Shown one piece after another: positions 35,966 through 44,861 of a stretch of 50,782 nt of DNA; positions within the stretch are counted from its first letter, which is position 1; each line of letters starts with the position of its first letter. This stretch comes from a virus. Its lineage: Duplodnaviria; Caudoviricetes. The position numbers were made by a program, and so were the translations under genes. The stretch spans positions 1-50,782 of the IMG/VR virus record IMGVR_UViG_3300036761_001804; one strand, given 5' to 3'. Below the pieces are notes generated by a model. That model worked only from the letters and a program-made list of their open reading frames with translations, made no database searches and was not told the DNA's origin.

Positions 35966-37314
35966 CAGCCGTGCCCCAGGAAGCCAAAGAGCCTGTGGAT
36001 GCGGTCGAAGAAGCACGAGGCTCCGAGCGAGAACTTCGCCGCTGCGTAGAGATCGTCGATTGCCCCGCTGATCCGCTCCGCGACAATCCCGCCCGTGGGA
36101 CTCGCGTAGCGGTCAGCCCGATAGATTCCATCGGCAGCGCAGAACAGGACAGCGTTCTCCACCATGAGGCAGGTTCCAGGGTTGAAGCACCCGGAGCCGA
36201 TACGTTTGCCACCCTCGGCCGCCAGGACGGGCACGACGGTGTAGTCCTCGAACTTGTCGCCCACGATCGCGTGTGCCCCGAACTGTTTGAAGCACACGAG
36301 CCACTCGTACATACTCGCGAGCGCAGTCAGGTGATCCCCATCACTGTGGCGCACGGGCTGGACGTAGATCTCCGGCCACCCTTCGGGCACCATGAAGTCC
36401 GGGTCCAGGGCCGTGAAGCGCACCAAGCCCAGGTCATCGGCGAACACGCCCGCGAGTTGCCCCCGATGCTCCGCGAGCGCCACCGCAGGCGCAGGCGGCG
36501 GCGTGTTCTCCAACGCGCTCACCAACTTCTTTTCCTTGACGATGGTGTCGAACTGCCCCACGCCCGGGGCATACGTGAGCGTCCCTACTTCGATGTTCAC
36601 CCCGATGGCTTTCTCGTCTACGAAGTGCAACTCGGCCCCGCCCGCGATGCTCGCGTACACGCACCACGTCAAGACCTGGGGATCGTCGTAGTCCACGCCC
36701 TGTGTCGGGCTCGCGAACGTGGCCTTCTGGCCTACGGTCGCAGAGAAGTCCCGCACCACGGCGCTGCAATCGCTCTCGTGGTGGGCGCTCTTCAGCGTGA
36801 TCACGGCCTTGCGCAGTCCTGCGGAGAGGGAACCCGCTCCCGCCAGCGAAGGCGTGGGCGCAGTCCCCGGGGTCGTGATCCCCATCTTGGTCAACTTGTC
36901 GCCCTCGAACTTCAGGTTCTGGTTGACCCCATCGTAGATGAACGTGGTCGCGGTGCCGCCCGACAGGGAGATGAAGTGCACCACGTCGGGCTCCGTGCGC
37001 ACCTGATCCACGACGGGTAGGAACGCCATGCTCAGTTCCACGGGATCGCCGCCTTCGAGCAAGGTGTACAACTTCGTGCCCGCTGCCACGAGCATCGTGC
37101 GCACGCCGTCGTCCGTGACGTGCCACCCGTGCCCATGGATCTCGCCGGGGAACGATGCTCCATGGAAGCACCGCATCCCCGGGCGCGACACGGCCACGCC
37201 GCCCGGGAAGGACACATTCAACGCTTCAAGGACGAACCCCGACGCTTGAGCCCTCGGGCTCTTGCGCTGGAGAATCCCGCGCCAGTAGGAGTCGCTGGTC
37301 TGGTTCGCGCGCAT
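35965..37314 (-). CDS. Tail nozzle/stabilisation protein, N-terminal beta-propeller part
   Basis: NV....G.AV.RPG, VRFT...P..PEGWP, G.HLTAL, LVCFK, G.GC, GIY and ERISGAI motifs. Confidence 0.7.
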   Translation of the reverse strand: MRANQTSDSYWRGILQRKSPRAQASGFVLEALNVSFPGGVAVSRPGMRCFHGASFPGEIHGHGWHVTDDGVRTMLVAAGTKLYTLLEGGDPVELSMAFLPVVDQVRTEPDVVHFISLSGGTATTFIYDGVNQNLKFEGDKLTKMGITTPGTAPTPSLAGAGSLSAGLRKAVITLKSAHHESDCSAVVRDFSATVGQKATFASPTQGVDYDDPQVLTWCVYASIAGGAELHFVDEKAIGVNIEVGTLTYAPGVGQFDTIVKEKKLVSALENTPPPAPAVALAEHRGQLAGVFADDLGLVRFTALDPDFMVPEGWPEIYVQPVRHSDGDHLTALASMYEWLVCFKQFGAHAIVGDKFEDYTVVPVLAAEGGKRIGSGCFNPGTCLMVENAVLFCAADGIYRADRYASPTGGIVAERISGAIDDLYAAAKFSLGASCFFDRIHRLFGFLGHG

Positions 37315-37329
37315 GCGCGAGCGCTCCGG

Positions 37330-37725
37330 TTAGACGACCTGCCGGGGAACCGTGCGCAGGATGGTGCGGGTTGTACGCCCCCACCGTCCCGTGACTTCCA
37401 GGGAACTGCCAACCCCGTTCACGATCACCGTGAGTCCATTGCTGAACGAACCGCACAGGTCATGCGTGTCACCGTTCGACACCGTGCTCGTGTCGATTCC
37501 GATGATCAGGTTCGTCGGCCCGGCAGTCTCGCCCGGCCCTACGTCGTAGAACTTCACGAACCCGCCCGCGCCCGGGCTCACACCCACCTTGATCGCGCTG
37601 ATGAACCCGGTGCCGCGTGCGGCGATGACTTCTGTGCCGTCGCCGAAGAGATGCACCATGTTCATCTCGCCGGTCCCGTAGTCGGGGTTGCGGCCCTGCG
37701 GAACGTAAGTTGCAAGAATCGCCAT
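37330..37725 (-). CDS. Small virion structural protein
   Basis: Beta-rich, ending F.NGLTV; lies between adaptor and nozzle. Confidence 0.6.
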   Translation of the reverse strand: MAILATYVPQGRNPDYGTGEMNMVHLFGDGTEVIAARGTGFISAIKVGVSPGAGGFVKFYDVGPGETAGPTNLIIGIDTSTVSNGDTHDLCGSFSNGLTVIVNGVGSSLEVTGRWGRTTRTILRTVPRQVV

Positions 37726-37727
37726 GA

Positions 37728-38492
37728 TTATTCCCAATCCTCTTCGTATGGTCCTTCGACGTACTCGGCGTCGCGCGTCTGGCGCGGCCCGCACGCCCGA
37801 AGGGCGAATGTGCGTTTGGCTTCCCACTCCCCGATGCTCGTCTTGATCGCGGCATCGTCTTCGCTCTTGCATCGCGCCCGGTAGACCATGAACGCGATCA
37901 CGGCATCGAGCATGAACGGCTCGAACCCGGACTCCTCGAAGTTGTCGGTCTTCGCGAGTACGCGGGGAGCCTGGACGTATTTCATGACCATCACCCTTGG
38001 GGTGTCGATGGCAGGCACCGGGGCCAGGATCATCACCGCTGCCTTCTCCCTGAACTCGATGTTGTAGAAGAACTCTTCCCCTGCGGTGCTGCTCGTGCGC
38101 AGGGCGTTGTTCCTAAAGTTCATGTTCTGGAACTTGGCTTGCTGGATCAGCAAGCGCGAGACAGTCCCGTCGCCCGGGGGCACCGTCTCGTAGAGCAACA
38201 GTTCATGGAAATCCGGGGGTAGCACGATCTCCGCGCGCCCCGACTTGATCCCCAGGAACTCCGTGTCGTAACTCCGGCCCGACAGGGTGACTTTCCCCTG
38301 GTCGGACTGGAGTGTACGCACGAACCTATCCTCGTGCGCCTCGCGCACGGTTTGCCACACTTCCCGCATGCCCTCGTTCATGTACTCGACACCTTCGGTG
38401 TCGGACCAGAAGTTGGTCCCGGGGTCCAGTTCTTCGTCGATGCGATGGCGCCATCGGCGAAGCAGGCTCTGTACGGTTTCTGTGGCGGGCAT
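37728..38492 (-). CDS. Head-tail adaptor/connector protein
   Basis: WSD.E...YMNEG.RE, LPPDF, LAPVP and AVIAF..YRA pattern; position in operon. Confidence 0.7.
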   Translation of the reverse strand: MPATETVQSLLRRWRHRIDEELDPGTNFWSDTEGVEYMNEGMREVWQTVREAHEDRFVRTLQSDQGKVTLSGRSYDTEFLGIKSGRAEIVLPPDFHELLLYETVPPGDGTVSRLLIQQAKFQNMNFRNNALRTSSTAGEEFFYNIEFREKAAVMILAPVPAIDTPRVMVMKYVQAPRVLAKTDNFEESGFEPFMLDAVIAFMVYRARCKSEDDAAIKTSIGEWEAKRTFALRACGPRQTRDAEYVEGPYEEDWE

Positions 38493-38497
38493 TCTAC

Positions 38498-38950
38498 TTA
38501 CCTCCCACGACCGCTGGTGACGATACGTTGCCGTCCGAACGATTCGTGGATCGGCCCCGCCTGGTCGATCCAGTTCTGGTTCCGTTGCTGGCGGATCTTC
38601 TCCGCGCGCTCGGCGTCGCGCCGGTCGTAGGCATCCGCGAGTTGCCCCGCGTTGACTGCGCCCGTCTCGGCCATCAGGTTCTCGATGCTCCCGCGCCGCA
38701 GACCCATGATCAACTTGTCCAGGGTCGGGAGATCGTGCGGCTCGAACTCGTCCACCATGACGTAGCCATCACGGAAACGGATGAACGAGTCCACCGCGCT
38801 ACGAGGGTAGTTGTCGGGGTTCACGACGCGCCGGAAGGAGATCTTCTCCTCCAGTTGCCACCGCTCGCGGACATCGGACCATCGCACGCGCGGTTGCTGC
38901 CTCGGGAACGCCCGGGCGAGTTTCTTGTTGAACCCAGGGGAGAGCGTCAC
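38498..38950 (-). CDS. Hypothetical protein
   Basis: GTGA coupling within the late operon. Confidence 0.65.
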   Translation of the reverse strand: MTLSPGFNKKLARAFPRQQPRVRWSDVRERWQLEEKISFRRVVNPDNYPRSAVDSFIRFRDGYVMVDEFEPHDLPTLDKLIMGLRRGSIENLMAETGAVNAGQLADAYDRRDAERAEKIRQQRNQNWIDQAGPIHESFGRQRIVTSGRGR

Positions 38951-39462
38951 GCCTGCGCCGCCTTCTCAGCCGCCTCGTCGGCCTCGATGGCGTCGGCGGC
39001 CTTGGCCGCCAGCGGCTGCAACTTCTCGAAGGACTTCTCGCGCGAGGCACCCTTGAGTTCCTCGTACTTGGCTGCTTCCTTGGACTCCACGCGGTTCACG
39101 ATGTCTTCGACACCCGTCCCGTTGACATCCAGATAGACCGCACGCAAGGGCGTGCCGTCCCGGTCGAACCACTGCTTCTCGACGAGTTCCTGCGGCCCGG
39201 CGAACGACTCGGCCTTCAGATCACTCTCGGGCTTTCCGCCGCCGACGATGACCAGGAGTTGCACCTTCTCCTTGCCCTTCAAATCGCGCTTGCGGGTGCT
39301 CTTGCTGATCACGAACCAGGCAACCTGGCGGGGCAACAGTTTCGTCTCGCCCGCTTCCCAGGTGAACTCCTTGGCATCACGGATCACCTTGACGGGTCCG
39401 TTCACCAGGCGGTTCTTGATCGGCACGACATCTGCCATCTCTTCGAGTGTCATCGTTTCCAT
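38947..39462 (-). CDS. Hypothetical protein
   Basis: GGGAGG RBS. Confidence 0.7.
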   Translation of the reverse strand: METMTLEEMADVVPIKNRLVNGPVKVIRDAKEFTWEAGETKLLPRQVAWFVISKSTRKRDLKGKEKVQLLVIVGGGKPESDLKAESFAGPQELVEKQWFDRDGTPLRAVYLDVNGTGVEDIVNRVESKEAAKYEELKGASREKSFEKLQPLAAKAADAIEADEAAEKAAQA

Positions 39463-39495
39463 GGTACATCCTCCCTCATTCCTCCCCTACAGGAA

Positions 39496-39535
39496 GGAGC
39501 CCAGGCAGGCAGGGAGGTGAACCTGCCCGGGCTCC
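39496..39535 (-). terminator. GC-rich hairpin downstream of the capsid-associated genes
   Basis: GGAGCCC-AGGCAGG...CCTGCC-CGGGCTCC inverted repeat; only a weak U-tract. Confidence 0.45.
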
Positions 39536-39567
39536 GCAGCGCGTGCGGCGCTGCAACCGTTCGACGC

Positions 39568-39996
39568 TTAGATGTTCGCGTCGTCTCCGAAGTCGTGCTC
39601 GAACTCGACCAGGACGGTGACTCCAGTGAAGTCATCCGTCGCAGAGGGCGCGAGCGCCGACACGATGAGCAACTCGCCGATGCTGACGGGGGCCGTGAGG
39701 TTCCCGCTGTCACCGACGTTGAGGGTCGCAGCGGCATCGGTCACAGCCGCGCCGAGCACCGTGCTCGACCGCTTGACCTGGACCGTCAACGCCTCCGAAC
39801 CAGAGTTCGTTAGCGTTCCGACCGTGATCTTCTTGAGGTTGCCCGACACGGGGCACACGAACGCTAGCAAGTTCGTGGTGCTCGTCGGAAGATTCGTCAG
39901 TGTGCCAACGATCGGCACCGTCCCATCCGTGTACGACGGATTGAACGAGAGGATCTTCCGACCGTAGATATGACGGGCGAGAGATGAAACAGGCAT
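39568..39996 (-). CDS. Putative capsid decoration/structural protein
   Basis: AAGGAG RBS; Thr/Val-rich beta protein after the major capsid gene. Confidence 0.6.
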   Translation of the reverse strand: MPVSSLARHIYGRKILSFNPSYTDGTVPIVGTLTNLPTSTTNLLAFVCPVSGNLKKITVGTLTNSGSEALTVQVKRSSTVLGAAVTDAAATLNVGDSGNLTAPVSIGELLIVSALAPSATDDFTGVTVLVEFEHDFGDDANI

Positions 39997-40022
39997 GTGT
40001 TTCTCCTTATCCTTTCCCGGCC

Positions 40023-40508
40023 TTAGCCGTAGAGTACGGTGACGGTCGGCTTGTCGCCGGTCGCCGGGTCGCTTGTACCGTCAGCGATGGCACACGCGGC
40101 CACACTGACGTTGGTGGTGCAGAGAAAGCCGATGCCTTCCTTGCCGTAGAAGTACGCTTCGCCAGCCTCATTGCTGGTCAACTTGAACGAAGCCACGACC
40201 ACCGTCGCACCGTCACGGATCTGGACAACCACGTCCAACGTGCTCGTGCTGGCGACCGCCTTGAGCGAACCCGATACGGCGCGAACGCCGTACACACGCG
40301 CGGGACTGGCGAAGGCTACCTGAGCGGTGGAACCCACGATCAGCAGGGGCGCGCTTTCCTGCACGGTGGGAAACAACCCGCCGCGCTCGATTCCTTGCTG
40401 AGCCTTGATGGCGTCCAGCAACGCTGCTCGTCCTAGGCCCGACACCTTCCCGGCCATGAAGGCCCGGTCGGCTCGCAACCCAAGATCCGCTACACCTGAA
40501 AGAGGCAT
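40023..40508 (-). CDS. Putative capsid decoration/structural protein
   Basis: AGGAG RBS; immediately after the major capsid gene. Confidence 0.6.
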   Translation of the reverse strand: MPLSGVADLGLRADRAFMAGKVSGLGRAALLDAIKAQQGIERGGLFPTVQESAPLLIVGSTAQVAFASPARVYGVRAVSGSLKAVASTSTLDVVVQIRDGATVVVASFKLTSNEAGEAYFYGKEGIGFLCTTNVSVAACAIADGTSDPATGDKPTVTVLYG

Positions 40509-40526
40509 GTTCTATTCTCCTGTTCG

Positions 40527-40558
40527 GGCTGGCGAGGGCTCGTGCCCCCGCCAGTCCT
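40527..40558 (-). terminator. Hairpin after the major capsid gene
   Basis: GGCTGGCG-AGGGC...GCCC-CCGCCAGTC inverted repeat; no U-tract. Confidence 0.4.
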
Positions 40559-40573
40559 TGGTTGCGTTGTCGA

Positions 40574-41863
40574 TTACCGAACGTGCGCGACGACGATGTT
40601 CGTGTCGATGTCGTCGAGACGCCCCGAGCAGTTCGGGCGCTCGTAGCAGTAGTTCCCGTACATACGGGCGACTGCCTCGAATGCGTCCACGCCGTCGATA
40701 CGAGACATCACTGCCCCGTCTTCGTCGGCCCACTCGAACGGGGTCAACTCGAAGTTGACGCCGTAGGCGGTATCCCACGAGTAGATCTTCCCGTAGGGTG
40801 CATCACGGTCGCACTTCAGGGGAGCGCCGCCGAACCGAGGATCTTCGTCGATCGCGTTGCCCTTGAAGCCCACGTCGTTGCTCGCCGGTCCACCGCTGGA
40901 AACGAAGTTGCGGTTGGCGACCGAAAGCGCGAGGTACGAGCGCCGGGTGTCGAATGCCATCCAGTGCTCGTTCGGCTTGCCACGGCCCACCTGGGTGATC
41001 GTGTCGAGCAGTTGCTGCCACACGTCCAGGTTGAGCACACCCACGTTCGGGATCACGGTGCTGCGTGCGATCGGGGTCGTGGTGCGGTTCACCGAGAAGT
41101 AGTCGTTGACCTGGGTGCCGTCATCGACGAAACCGCTCATACCCATCGGGTCTTTGTTGTAAGACACCTGGGCGATCTCGGTCACGTTCATGTTCGGCGC
41201 ACGGACGATCAGTCCGTTGTCCGGGGCCTGCGTGGCAGACACTGCTTGGTTCAACACCACGCTATCCCCATCGTCAGCGATGCTGATGACTCGACGGACA
41301 CATAGAACCTGCGTGCCTGCCGAGTTCAGGATTGCAACGCGCATGTTCGGCTGGAGGAAGCGCGCACCGTTGATCGACCCCGCGATGCCCATCGGGCTAT
41401 CGACGGTCAGGGTCGTGGTGCCCGTACCCGCCACGTTCACGATCGCGACCACTCCGCGTCCATCGGACCAGAGCATCTCGTTCACGTAGTCGAGGAAATC
41501 GACCTTGAACATGTCCATCTCGTACTGCCACGCGTCCTTGAACGCGCCCTTGTCACCGCGAGCGATCTTCATCGTCGGGGTGTCGATGCCGATACGGCCA
41601 CCGAGGAACTTCACGGGCACCTTCATGCTCGTGGTCGGCTGATGCTGGGACTCAGGCAGCGGCATACCGGGGGCGTATGAACCGAATGCCTGGGTACGGC
41701 CAGTGCGGAACGGCCACTCAACCGTATCCTTACCAGCCCATTTCGTGCTCGGCATCTTGCGATACCGGCTGTACAGGGCCGTCTCGTAAGGCAGCATGTC
41801 CGAGAGCATCTCTCGGTACACGGTCTTCAAGAGAGCCGCTGCATTGGGTAGTGATTGTGCCAC
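40574..41863 (-). CDS. Major capsid protein (HK97 fold)
   Basis: AAGGAG RBS; 429 aa after the scaffold; E-loop/backbone-helix pattern (LPES...GRI.ID...GAF...EMD...LWSDG.G); C-terminal RPN.SGRL.DI. Confidence 0.88.
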   Translation of the reverse strand: MAQSLPNAAALLKTVYREMLSDMLPYETALYSRYRKMPSTKWAGKDTVEWPFRTGRTQAFGSYAPGMPLPESQHQPTTSMKVPVKFLGGRIGIDTPTMKIARGDKGAFKDAWQYEMDMFKVDFLDYVNEMLWSDGRGVVAIVNVAGTGTTTLTVDSPMGIAGSINGARFLQPNMRVAILNSAGTQVLCVRRVISIADDGDSVVLNQAVSATQAPDNGLIVRAPNMNVTEIAQVSYNKDPMGMSGFVDDGTQVNDYFSVNRTTTPIARSTVIPNVGVLNLDVWQQLLDTITQVGRGKPNEHWMAFDTRRSYLALSVANRNFVSSGGPASNDVGFKGNAIDEDPRFGGAPLKCDRDAPYGKIYSWDTAYGVNFELTPFEWADEDGAVMSRIDGVDAFEAVARMYGNYCYERPNCSGRLDDIDTNIVVAHVR

Positions 41864-41877
41864 GGGTCAGGTTCTCC

Positions 41878-42882
41878 TTATTGGTTGTCCGCGTCGTTCG
41901 CGTCCATCTCGCGGGATTGGCGTTCGATATGCCGCTCCCACCACGATGCACGTTGACGGGGGTCTGTCATTTCTTTCGGTGGCTTCAGCGGAGCCACGTT
42001 GACTTCGGGGGCGGTGTTCCCGCCACTCGAAGACGGCGCAGCAGCGCGTCGCCGGGCCAGGGCCTTGATGCGCCCTGCACTCGATGCGGCTACAGCCGGG
42101 TCTGCGATGAAGCGCTTCACTTCGTCAAACGCCTCGTCGATGGCCTCGGTCGTGGTCAGTGGGTCTTTGAACTTCGCAACCCTCTCAGGGGTTGAGCGCA
42201 ACGCGGCACCTACCTGCCGGTCCCAGAGCGTGAAGGCTTCCTTGTCAGCCGCCACACCCGGCATCCCATGCTCCGTTAGGAGCGTCTTCAGATGCGTGTG
42301 TGCTTCACGAGTGAGCCGCGACAATTCCATCTGCCGCGTCTCGCGCTGCGCCTCGAAATCCTGCGCTGCGCCTGGACCGTATCGTTGGTCGAGAAGCCGG
42401 TCCCATCGAGCGTTCTGCTCCTCGACGCTCGGGATGCCCTTCTTGGCATTCTCCGCGTCGATCCGGTCCTTCTCTTCCTTGGCGATCTCTGCTTCGTATC
42501 GCTCGTACCGGGCCAACTTGACTCGCTCGGCTGCAATCTCTGCATCCTTCGCGGCCAAGGCCCGTCGTGCCTCGTCACGCTGGCCGATGACTTTGTTGAA
42601 ACGCTTGGTGGGAATTTTTGCGCCCGAGTCAGCGGCGGCCTGGACATCATCGTCACCAGCGTCGTCATCCTTACCATCGTCCGCAGCCGCTGCACGGGCT
42701 GCCCCCTCGTCCTTCAACTTCCCGACGTTCCCATCCTCGTCCTTGTTGGAATCGTCACCAGCCTGGTCGTCGTCGCCCTCCCCTCCCGCTACCATGGGCC
42801 AGGTTCGACCCGTGGTCAGGTCGCGCACGGCGACCGTCCGTCCATCCTTGATGACTTCCTCGAACTCGTTCTCGTGTAGCAT
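41878..42882 (-). CDS. Capsid scaffolding protein
   Basis: Acidic N-terminus, IP.KRFNKVI..RDE motif and coiled coil; directly upstream of the major capsid gene. Confidence 0.78.
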   Translation of the reverse strand: MLHENEFEEVIKDGRTVAVRDLTTGRTWPMVAGGEGDDDQAGDDSNKDEDGNVGKLKDEGAARAAAADDGKDDDAGDDDVQAAADSGAKIPTKRFNKVIGQRDEARRALAAKDAEIAAERVKLARYERYEAEIAKEEKDRIDAENAKKGIPSVEEQNARWDRLLDQRYGPGAAQDFEAQRETRQMELSRLTREAHTHLKTLLTEHGMPGVAADKEAFTLWDRQVGAALRSTPERVAKFKDPLTTTEAIDEAFDEVKRFIADPAVAASSAGRIKALARRRAAAPSSSGGNTAPEVNVAPLKPPKEMTDPRQRASWWERHIERQSREMDANDADNQ

Positions 42883-42962
42883 GCGCGTCTCCTTGTCAGT
42901 TTTTTACGGGGGTCTGACCCCGAACTTGGAAACCCGCCCGATTGCGGGTTCGTGTGGACTCG

Positions 42963-43403
42963 TTATGCACCAATCACCACGTCCACGTAGGCGATGGCAT
43001 CCGTGCTCGTGTTCCGAGCGCGGATCTTGGTGAACCGTCCCAGGGTGCCCGCGAGGGAACCTGCGGCGGCGTAAGCGCGGTCTGAGCCCAGGAAGAAGGG
43101 GATGTCCCCCGCTGCCAGGGAGCAAGTGCTGATGTTATCCGCCACGGCCGTGCCGCTGGCGGTGAACTCCAGGTCCACCAGTTGATCACTGTGCAGGATC
43201 AGGAGCCGGAACGACGTAGGGTTGGCCCCGCCTGCGGCGGAATCCCAGATCGTGACGATGGACCCATCCAGTGGAAGAGCGACCCGGTACTCCAACGGGT
43301 CGCTCACCAGATCCAGCGTAGGCGGCACGAACGGCTGCGCGAACTCGCGTAGGCGAGAGCCGGTCGTGAGAGCCACGGCGTAGTGGAATTGGACTGTCGG
43401 CAT
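42963..43403 (-). CDS. Putative structural protein (MPTVQFHY...)
   Basis: TGATG coupling at 43403; beta-rich. Confidence 0.65.
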   Translation of the reverse strand: MPTVQFHYAVALTTGSRLREFAQPFVPPTLDLVSDPLEYRVALPLDGSIVTIWDSAAGGANPTSFRLLILHSDQLVDLEFTASGTAVADNISTCSLAAGDIPFFLGSDRAYAAAGSLAGTLGRFTKIRARNTSTDAIAYVDVVIGA

Positions 43404-43945
43404 CAGGGTGTCGGAGTCACAGTCGGCGTTGCCGTCAGGGTCGGCGTAGCGGTGATCGTCGGAGTAACCGTCTGGGTCGGAGTGACCGTGACAGTCGGAG
43501 TCGGCGTCACAGTACGCGTCGGCGTGGCAGCGGTCGAAGTTGCAGTGACAGTCGGAGTTGGAGTGACAGTGACAGTAGGCGTCGCCGTCTTCGTGGCAGT
43601 CGGCGTCACGGTCACGGTTGGCGTAGCCGTCACGGTTGCCGTGACAGTCGCAGTCGGGGTCGGCGTCAACTGCAAACACGCATTCCCATTGACCTTGCGC
43701 TTCACCGCGCCCTGGCAATGGTAGATACACCCCGCCTTGTCTGCGTACACGGTGTCGGTCCCGGCCACGCAGTCCACAGCCCCGGTGGGCTGCGGCAGTC
43801 CCCGCTGATTGGTCTTCAGATCAGGCACCGGGGTCGGCGTCGGGTGATGCCCCGGGAAGATCGCCTGGATGCGAACGGGCGCAGCACTCGCCAGCGCGGG
43901 GAGCGCGAGCACGAGCGCGAGCGCGAGCAGTGCTCGCCGGATCAT
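43403..43945 (-). CDS. Secreted 4-Cys-domain protein with long Thr/Pro/Val tail
   Basis: Signal MIRRALLALALVLALPALASA; C-terminal ~90 aa of TPT repeats. Confidence 0.75.
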   Translation of the reverse strand: MIRRALLALALVLALPALASAAPVRIQAIFPGHHPTPTPVPDLKTNQRGLPQPTGAVDCVAGTDTVYADKAGCIYHCQGAVKRKVNGNACLQLTPTPTATVTATVTATPTVTVTPTATKTATPTVTVTPTPTVTATSTAATPTRTVTPTPTVTVTPTQTVTPTITATPTLTATPTVTPTP

Positions 43946-44253
43946 GGCGCGACCGGCGTGCTCGCAGTATCCGGGGTCGGGAACACACACGAGTTCCCGG
44001 TGATGATGCGCCGGATGTTGCTGTTGCACGAGTAGAGGCAACCGGCTGGATCACCGAAAATCGTGGCGCGTCCATAGACGCACGTCGGCGCAGCGCTCGG
44101 CTGCGGGACGCCATCCTGATTGCGCGCGATGTCGGGCACAGGTGTCACCGTGGCGATGGGCGACGCAGGCGCGACGGGCACCTTCTTGCTTGCAGCGAAC
44201 GCCGGGCTCGCGAGAGCGAGCACCACGGCGACCGCGATCGAGAGCCGCTTCAT
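43942..44253 (-). CDS. Secreted 4-Cys-domain protein (paralog of 43403-43945)
   Basis: Signal MKRLSIAVAVVLALASPAFA; shared PVPD..NQ.G.PQP...C..G..T...D.AGC.Y.C...GN.C domain. Confidence 0.75.
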   Translation of the reverse strand: MKRLSIAVAVVLALASPAFAASKKVPVAPASPIATVTPVPDIARNQDGVPQPSAAPTCVYGRATIFGDPAGCLYSCNSNIRRIITGNSCVFPTPDTASTPVAP

Positions 44254-44254
44254 G

Positions 44255-44515
44255 TTACGGAGCCACCGTGGTCACGACATCGCCATTGCCTGCGGCATTG
44301 GGATACCGATAGCACTTGACACCGTTGGTGTTGTACTGCGCGGTGTAGGTCACACGAGGATCGGTCACGCCCCGGCCGCATTCGAGCACCTGGCCACGGG
44401 CATCTTCCCACGACTTCAGAACGCCGTTCGTGCTGTTGATGTCCAGGCTCTCGTGCCGATTCGGCCCGGTGAGACGCCCGGCGCGGGGGTCATTGAGATG
44501 TCGAGTCAACGTCAC
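44255..44515 (-). CDS. Hypothetical protein
   Basis: AAGGAG RBS upstream of GTG. Confidence 0.55.
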   Translation of the reverse strand: MTLTRHLNDPRAGRLTGPNRHESLDINSTNGVLKSWEDARGQVLECGRGVTDPRVTYTAQYNTNGVKCYRYPNAAGNGDVVTTVAP

Positions 44516-44581
44516 TGTCTTGCTCCTTGGGTTGCGATCTCGGTCACGAGATTCTGTTGTACACCATAGAACGCTCGGGCG

Positions 44582-44860
44582 TCAATACTTCGGTGCCGTC
44601 TTCCCCTTCCCGAAGGCGGGGGTCTTGTTCGCCAGCGCGGCGAAGGACGTGTCCTCGGCCCCGCTGACCGTAGGGGCGGCCTTTTTCCCAGCCGCGACCT
44701 TGCGCTTGGCCGCTTCCTTGGCTGGTGCATCCTTGCCTCCAGCCTTACGTTTCTGGCTGAAAGCAATGGCCAGGGCCTGTTTCTGAGGCTTCCCCGCGTG
44801 CATCTCCGCGCTCACGTTGGACGAGAACGCTTCCTTTGATTTCCCTTTGATTAACGGCAT
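44582..44860 (-). CDS. Small basic phage protein (MPLIKGKS...KQALAIA)
   Basis: Widespread MPL.KG.S....S.N...E...GKP.KQA.AIA pattern; Lys/Ala-rich tail. Confidence 0.7.
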   Translation of the reverse strand: MPLIKGKSKEAFSSNVSAEMHAGKPQKQALAIAFSQKRKAGGKDAPAKEAAKRKVAAGKKAAPTVSGAEDTSFAALANKTPAFGKGKTAPKY

Positions 44861-44861
44861 C

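Noticed and set aside
42797-42818. GGTTCGACCC T-loop-like word
   Set aside because: No proper T-stem or acceptor stem; antisense to the scaffold CDS.
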